A DNA stretch of 64,000 nt from a virus: positions 1 to 64,000 of the IMG/VR virus record IMGVR_UViG_3300042478_002320. One strand, written 5' to 3'. Below are positions 58,482-64,000 of this stretch, piece by piece. Positions within the stretch are counted from its first letter, which is position 1. The number at the start of each line of letters is the position of its first letter. The notes under the pieces were generated by a model that worked only from the letters and a program-made list of their open reading frames with translations, had not been told where the DNA came from and made no database searches. The translations under genes and the position numbers were made by a program.

Positions 58482-58859
58482 TTATTTACTACGCCTTACC
58501 ATAGACTCTTTACTCCTGAAGTCTCTATCCCTCCCCTTGTTTGGTTTGAATCCAAAGGATCTATAGAACTTGTTTAGTTTATTCACATTACCTCCATAGG
58601 CTGCATCAGGTGTTACGAATAAGTCTTTATTATTCGTTTCACTATACTTTACTAACTCACTCATTACTACACTTCCTATACCTCTATTCCTATGTTCTTT
58701 AGGTACCACTATCTTCTTCAGTTCTATGTAGTCTTCATACTCATCTACTTCTACATCTATATTATATTTCTGAGAGAGGCTGCTCCCCAAGTTTTCTGTG
58801 ATGAAGTTCTTTAGAATGTTTACTAAAGAAGTATTCTCAGATATACTGTTTTGTTTCAT
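58482..58859 (-). CDS. GNAT-family acetyltransferase
   Basis: IVVPKEHRNRGIGS acetyl-CoA motif, L..FY..FGF. Confidence 0.8.
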   Translation of the reverse strand: MKQNSISENTSLVNILKNFITENLGSSLSQKYNIDVEVDEYEDYIELKKIVVPKEHRNRGIGSVVMSELVKYSETNNKDLFVTPDAAYGGNVNKLNKFYRSFGFKPNKGRDRDFRSKESMVRRSK

Positions 58860-58860
58860 A

Positions 58861-59862
58861 CTAATACTTTTTTAAATATTTTTTTATATACTCTTCATCA
58901 GAATACTTATTTAAGTTTTTCATTTTGAAAAGTTCTAATTTTAATGTAGAATCATCTTCTAACTCATCTATATAATTTACAGCCTTATCATAATCGGAAG
59001 CTAAAACATTCACTAAGTTTTTAGGATATTTAGATGCATATGTAAAGTTATAATGTAATTTCATAAGATACATTAACCATTCATCTAAACTGTTCCTACC
59101 CTCCGTTAAATCATATTCTTTACATAATTCAAAGAACTTATCTTCTATATTAAGTTCAAATGATTTTATCAAGGCAACTAAAATTATAAATGTATCTAAA
59201 CTTTCAATGTTTATTATAAATTTAGGATTAATTTTATAATTATACCTCGCTGCGAAAAGTAAAAGTCTTGAAGTAGTTCTTGGATCGATTTCTAAAGCAT
59301 TACTAATATTGTAACTACCATCAGAATACACATCTTTATATGATGATAACTTTGGATTTATCACTTTCTTAGATATATCTCTCAGAGCTCTCCGAGAGAA
59401 TATGAGTGCATCAGGTCTAAGCAAAACTTCATTAGCTGTAAAGTCTCTACTTGTAAGATACGATTCTATAGAACTAACTATTTCCATTCTATCCTCATAG
59501 GAATTATAAATCCAAAAATCTCTAACTTCTTTATAATCATCTCCATAATCTTTAGATATATACACATAATCCTTATCTCTTACAACCTCATACTTATACT
59601 CTATTTTATTATCATATAGTTGTAATGCTAATCTCGCAGCACCTCCTTTAGCATATATACCTTTAAACTTATATATGGGATCTTTAAGTTCAGAATCTAA
59701 ATTTTTATTCTGTTTTCTTAAACTATCTACGACATCCTTTCCAAGACTAACAATCTTACTGTATTGATTATCTTCAGATACTACAAAAGTATCTGAAAGT
59801 TTACTAATACTATTTGCCATCTCAGATAGTGATACTTTTTTAGAGGTACTGTTTTGTTTCAT
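58861..59862 (-). CDS. CCA/poly(A)-polymerase-head nucleotidyltransferase-like protein
   Basis: KGGAAR...RDKDY, SRDFTANE, R..LFAARY; start re-placed at MKQNS (59862). Confidence 0.65.
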   Translation of the reverse strand: MKQNSTSKKVSLSEMANSISKLSDTFVVSEDNQYSKIVSLGKDVVDSLRKQNKNLDSELKDPIYKFKGIYAKGGAARLALQLYDNKIEYKYEVVRDKDYVYISKDYGDDYKEVRDFWIYNSYEDRMEIVSSIESYLTSRDFTANEVLLRPDALIFSRRALRDISKKVINPKLSSYKDVYSDGSYNISNALEIDPRTTSRLLLFAARYNYKINPKFIINIESLDTFIILVALIKSFELNIEDKFFELCKEYDLTEGRNSLDEWLMYLMKLHYNFTYASKYPKNLVNVLASDYDKAVNYIDELEDDSTLKLELFKMKNLNKYSDEEYIKKYLKKY

Positions 59863-59867
59863 ATTAT

Positions 59868-60170
59868 TTAATTTACTATTCTTACTACTTTCATACGTTG
59901 TGCAAGAACCCAAGTACCTCCCTGACTTTCAGGTCTATTATACAATTCATAATCCTCTACATCTACTTCTATCCAAACTCTATTCTTCTTGGATAGGTGA
60001 GGTGCTTCCATAACTAATGTACAGTGCCATCCCTTCCTCTCTTTGAATCCTTTTGTTTTATGATTCTCTGCTTCTAACCATATACCTTTAGGTAGTCTTA
60101 GTTTCTTGTTTATAAATAGTGGAGATATGCTATTATCTTTTAGCCTTCTTACTAACTTATATGCTTTCAT
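59868..60170 (-). CDS. Conserved hypothetical phage protein
   Basis: AYKL..PLFIN..W..AE..R.GWHC..APHL..RVW. Confidence 0.65.
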   Translation of the reverse strand: MKAYKLVRRLKDNSISPLFINKKLRLPKGIWLEAENHKTKGFKERKGWHCTLVMEAPHLSKKNRVWIEVDVEDYELYNRPESQGGTWVLAQRMKVVRIVN

Positions 60171-60424
60171 TTGCTCCGCTTCCCAAAATTTTTATCTAAA
60201 ATTTCAGTTTTTAGATCCTCGTAATAAGTTATGATTCCATAATTACCATAGATTTCTAATAATGATAGAATCTCATCAATAGCTATAACAGCACATTCTT
60301 TAGCAGCTAAAAAATCTATCGTGTTCCCAAATATACAGGGATTGCCATCATCTAAACAACCTATGGTACTTACTTGCACATCTGTAAATTTATTAACAAA
60401 TTGTTCAGCACGTTCTTTTATCAT
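60167..60424 (-). CDS. Hypothetical protein
   Basis: AKECA.IAIDEIL motif. Confidence 0.6.
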   Translation of the reverse strand: MIKERAEQFVNKFTDVQVSTIGCLDDGNPCIFGNTIDFLAAKECAVIAIDEILSLLEIYGNYGIITYYEDLKTEILDKNFGKRSK

Positions 60425-60435
60425 AATTTTAGTTT

Positions 60436-60612
60436 TTAATTGATTAATTCTAATTGACTTTCGTTAAAGATATGTAACAATCCGTAGTTGTCCATCTCAG
60501 CCACAACTCTAATATCACCTTTAGTAGTTTTAAATACTGAAATGATAGTGCATGGAAATGCATAACCTTTAGGTTTAAATGCCTTATCTCCAACTTTAAA
60601 ATTACTCTCCAT
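60436..60612 (-). CDS. DfrB/R67-DHFR-like SH3-fold miniprotein (58 aa, not in track)
   Basis: FKVGDKAFKPKGYAFPCTIISVFKTTKGDIRVVAEMDNYGLLHIFNESQLELIN. Confidence 0.5.
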   Translation of the reverse strand: MESNFKVGDKAFKPKGYAFPCTIISVFKTTKGDIRVVAEMDNYGLLHIFNESQLELIN

Positions 60613-60617
60613 AGTTA

Positions 60618-60857
60618 TTATTTTTGTTTGTTTATAAAAGTATCATAAGATTCCCAACTAACTTTACCATCATCGTCTCTCAATCCTACTAAGCATCTGC
60701 CATCTACATCTTTGGCTAATGCAACAAATCCAAATCCCTCACATATCATAGACTTATAGTATCCAATAGATAAGGTGTCGAACTCTTCTAAAATATCGAA
60801 GTCTCCCTCGAAACCCATATTATTCATTTCACAATATTGTTTGCTAAATTCTGCCAT
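60618..60857 (-). CDS. Hypothetical protein
   Basis: MAEFSKQYC...ICEGFG. Confidence 0.6.
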   Translation of the reverse strand: MAEFSKQYCEMNNMGFEGDFDILEEFDTLSIGYYKSMICEGFGFVALAKDVDGRCLVGLRDDDGKVSWESYDTFINKQK

Positions 60858-60866
60858 TGTTGTAAC

Positions 60867-61490
60867 TTATTTTAATGTTGAACGTAATACCTCATAACAC
60901 AACTCTTCAGGGATCATACTTCTATCATAAGAATCCTTTCTCCCTTGAGTACCTGTCTTAGAACCTCTTGGGGCAGGTGTATGATGACAATCCTTATTCC
61001 CATTATGACATATAGGCCTTGGAATCCAATTATTTGAATTTGTCCATATATCTGTAGGTTTAGCTCTATCATCTCCATATCTGCAATACCATACAGTATG
61101 TCTTTTAAACTCCTGCATCCAAGGCATTTTGCGTAACATACCTCTTGGATTTTCAATAAAGAATATCATATTTGGATTTATATCTAACCAACTTTTTATT
61201 AAAGATATAAAATGCTGATTAGTTATATCACATTGATTGGCATATTCACTTTTAGGATAAACACCATTTCTATGTTTCGATATCGCTGCTATTGTATATG
61301 TTGTACAATCAGGAGATGCCCAAACTACGTCAGGAATAAAAGGAATATCTTCAATTGCTAAATTAGAAACATCCTTACATAAGTCAATGTTCTCATATTT
61401 TTCCCAATCTACAGAAAACACATTCATTCCTAACTTGTTTCCAACTTTTCCTATTGATCTGCTTCCCGCAAATAATTCAAGCAAGTTCAT
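60867..61490 (-). CDS. Short C5 DNA methyltransferase-like protein
   Basis: LELFAGS, WASPDC, IENP, YC.YG..KPT. Confidence 0.75.
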   Translation of the reverse strand: MNLLELFAGSRSIGKVGNKLGMNVFSVDWEKYENIDLCKDVSNLAIEDIPFIPDVVWASPDCTTYTIAAISKHRNGVYPKSEYANQCDITNQHFISLIKSWLDINPNMIFFIENPRGMLRKMPWMQEFKRHTVWYCRYGDDRAKPTDIWTNSNNWIPRPICHNGNKDCHHTPAPRGSKTGTQGRKDSYDRSMIPEELCYEVLRSTLK

Positions 61491-62404
61491 ATATTATTTT
61501 TAAGTTCTTTAAAAATATGTGCAATAACATCTACTGTCCAACCGTTACCAATCAATTTTTTTGCTCTTGATTCTGAAACATTGTTAGTAAACCCTTCAGG
61601 AATTGTTTGAAGTCTTTCGTACTCTACTAATGAATAATACCTAAATGATAATTTATCTTTAAAGACATTTGCATATCTCCCAATGGGGAGGGAAGTTAAA
61701 ACATTATCTTTATCAACTGTTGTTAGACAATTACTCTTATCTATATTACTTGCTCTAACTTCTAAACATTGCGTATATGGGATTTTAGTGTTATAATCTT
61801 GCCTAACCCCAAACTCATTTAGCCTTCTACCAAGAATAGTTGCTTTATTTAATTGTCTTCCTCTAAATGCTGCGGGGTTACCGTTAAGATTAATTTCTAA
61901 TATGCTATCAAGAGTTATTCCCCTATCATCAGGAAGATTAACACCCGGAATATTAGTCCAATATAACCTAACCCTATTCTGTGCTGATACCAATGCACTA
62001 TTTATTTTTATAGGCTCAACTCCCAAACTTTTTGAGATTATATCTTGATATTCTTTCTTCATAACGACATTCTCCAATAAAAAATATTTAGGTTTACATT
62101 CATTTAGTATCCTAACAAATTCAAAAAAAAGTTTACTCCTTGGATCATTGAAATTAAGTTGTTTTCCTGCAAAGGAAAACCCTTGACAAGGACTCCCACC
62201 AATCAATAAGTCAATCTTTGGTAAAGCACTAACATCAATTTTTGTCACATCACCCAATTGAATTGTGTTGGGGTAATTATGCATAGTAACTTGTATAGCA
62301 TACTTGTCAATTTCAGATGCATAATAATTATCATATTGTATACCAACCCTATTCAATGCAATCTGACCGCAACTAATACCATCAAATAAACTTAATATGT
62401 TCAT
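61487..62404 (-). CDS. DNA (cytosine-5)-methyltransferase
   Basis: LSLFDG, GGSPCQ, LENV, QNRVR, ERLQT, GNGW. Confidence 0.9.
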   Translation of the reverse strand: MNILSLFDGISCGQIALNRVGIQYDNYYASEIDKYAIQVTMHNYPNTIQLGDVTKIDVSALPKIDLLIGGSPCQGFSFAGKQLNFNDPRSKLFFEFVRILNECKPKYFLLENVVMKKEYQDIISKSLGVEPIKINSALVSAQNRVRLYWTNIPGVNLPDDRGITLDSILEINLNGNPAAFRGRQLNKATILGRRLNEFGVRQDYNTKIPYTQCLEVRASNIDKSNCLTTVDKDNVLTSLPIGRYANVFKDKLSFRYYSLVEYERLQTIPEGFTNNVSESRAKKLIGNGWTVDVIAHIFKELKNNI

Positions 62405-63657
62405 AATTCAATATTTTTTAGTATATGAGCAATAACATCAACTGTCCAGCCATTCCCAAGCATTTTATACCTTTGAGTATTTGAAACCCCTTCTGTGTAA
62501 TTGTCAGGAACTGTTTGTAATCTTTCACACTCAATGGGAGTTAATCTGCGTATAAAATTTTTATTTATAATTTTAAAACCATTAGTTAAACTACTCCTAC
62601 TCATATGTTGAGTTATAGTACCAATCTTTTTATTATCTATAACTCTACAACTATAACCATCAATTATTTTAAAATCATCATTTTCAGAATTTAAATAAGT
62701 GTTGATATTATCTCTTACTTTTATTTCTCTAATACTATTATGATATACTAAATTGTCTTTATTTGGAGATGTTGTTAATGTATTCATTTTTTCAAAATCC
62801 AATCCTACAATTTCTTTTTTCTGAAATGGTGTATAATCCTTACCGTTCTTCATATTCTCTCTTCTGATTTGTTTAGCCTCTTCAGTTCTACCGTATCTGA
62901 TTGATGCATATTTATAATCAATACTAAAATTATCTGTAAATACATTATCATTTTCTTTATGAATCTGATTATTCTTGTTTAAGTAGTTTAATATTTTATT
63001 ACTTACATAGTATTTTTCATCTACATTATCATCCAAAATATCTTTTAATAAAATACCTTTATCTTGAGGCTGCTGAATAACACTTTCAAAATTTCCAAAT
63101 AATCCAATAGGTTTAATTCCTATATTTGTCCAATATAGTCTTCTTCTATTTTGAGCACTTACTAATGAACTATTAATCATTATAGGCTTAACACCTATTG
63201 CTTTATTTAATACCTCTTCCCAACTTTTTTTCATTTTAACATTCTCAAGTAAGAATTTAACGTTTCGATTAATAGTTCTAAGCTCATCTAAAATTCTCAT
63301 ATATTCCCAAAATAAATATGATTGTCCATCAAATTGGTATTCTTCTTCTTTAAGTTTTAAATATTGATCTAAATTATGTATTTCTATATTACTTTTAGTA
63401 GACATACCTTTCATTTTTCCTGCAAAGGAAAACCCTTGACAAGGACTCCCACCAATCAACAAATCAATCTTTGGTAAAGTAGTAGCATCTAATTTTGTCA
63501 CATCACCCAGTTGTTGGGTATTTGGATAATTTTTTTGTGCTGTCTGTATAGCATATTTATCAATTTCACAAGCAAAATAATTATTATACTTAATTCCCAA
63601 TTTATTCAAGGCAATTTGACCACAAGACATCCCATCAAATAAACTTAATACATTCAT
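62401..63657 (-). CDS. DNA (cytosine-5)-methyltransferase
   Basis: LSLFDG, GGSPCQ, LENV, QNRRR, ERLQT, GNGW. Confidence 0.9.
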   Translation of the reverse strand: MNVLSLFDGMSCGQIALNKLGIKYNNYFACEIDKYAIQTAQKNYPNTQQLGDVTKLDATTLPKIDLLIGGSPCQGFSFAGKMKGMSTKSNIEIHNLDQYLKLKEEEYQFDGQSYLFWEYMRILDELRTINRNVKFLLENVKMKKSWEEVLNKAIGVKPIMINSSLVSAQNRRRLYWTNIGIKPIGLFGNFESVIQQPQDKGILLKDILDDNVDEKYYVSNKILNYLNKNNQIHKENDNVFTDNFSIDYKYASIRYGRTEEAKQIRRENMKNGKDYTPFQKKEIVGLDFEKMNTLTTSPNKDNLVYHNSIREIKVRDNINTYLNSENDDFKIIDGYSCRVIDNKKIGTITQHMSRSSLTNGFKIINKNFIRRLTPIECERLQTVPDNYTEGVSNTQRYKMLGNGWTVDVIAHILKNIEL

Positions 63658-64000
63658 ATTTCAATATTTTTAAATATATGTGCAATAACATCTACTGTCC
63701 ACCCATTCCCAAGCATTTTATACCTTTGAGTATTTGATACACTATCAGTATATCCAATAGGCACAGTTTGCAATCTCTCACAATGTTCTGATGTTAAAAA
63801 AAACATTTCATTTCCATCTGTAATTGTTTTTTTCTGCCCATAACCTGTACTTGTTGTAAGTGTTGGATGCTTTCCATCAATATGATAAATTCGTTTTGCC
63901 ATATCAAATGTATTGTTTTTTATTTCAAATTCTGTAACTGCCTTATCATATTTGCAATCTTCAATACCCAAACATTCTTTTAGTTTCTCCCAATATTCAA
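63654..64000 (-). CDS. DNA (cytosine-5)-methyltransferase, C-terminal part (5' end beyond window)
   Basis: Frame open to base 64000; CERLQTVP..YT..VSNTQRYKMLGNGWTVDVIAHI. Confidence 0.85.
   Translation of the reverse strand, partial: EYWEKLKECLGIEDCKYDKAVTEFEIKNNTFDMAKRIYHIDGKHPTLTTSTGYGQKKTITDGNEMFFLTSEHCERLQTVPIGYTDSVSNTQRYKMLGNGWTVDVIAHIFKNIEI

Overview
Strongly AT-rich segment of a large myovirus-like (T4-superfamily/jumbo-type) phage. Its host is almost certainly a Bacteroidota species, judging by many TTG..TAnnTTTG promoters and essentially no Shine-Dalgarno sites. 1-18.2 kb (minus): baseplate/tail structural module (gp6-, gp25-, gp5/V- and gp7-like genes, a collagen/PT-rich fibre) ending in a gp55-like late sigma factor. 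18-34.6 kb: late and auxiliary genes (HD hydrolase, Hsp20, Gp88-like Fe-S protein, GIY-YIG/NUMOD3 endonuclease, amidase endolysin, GH16, PNK-like kinase, protein kinase-like, WYL). Many of these follow a TATTTATA motif and carry Glu-terminated propeptide-like N-termini. 36.0-37.8 kb: five tRNA-scaffold RNAs with intact acceptor/D/T arms but replaced anticodon domains. 38.5-50.0 kb: a DUF6745-like gene lacking its usual QV-repeat insert, its QGDV partner, and a head-to-tail array of about 39 small paralogous QVxx-repeat genes joined by a conserved AAACATAAAGTTATGA junction. This is the best candidate for an undescribed system. 51.3-57.7 kb: promoter/terminator-bounded gene cassettes separated by two repeated intergenic elements, plus iteron-like repeats, G-quadruplex-prone tracts and three tandem perfect DnaA boxes. 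58-64 kb: GNAT, CCA-like nucleotidyltransferase, a DfrB/R67-like SH3 miniprotein and four tandem C5 DNA methyltransferases. CCAG/CTGG appears strongly avoided throughout. All family assignments come from motif recognition by eye; no searches were run.
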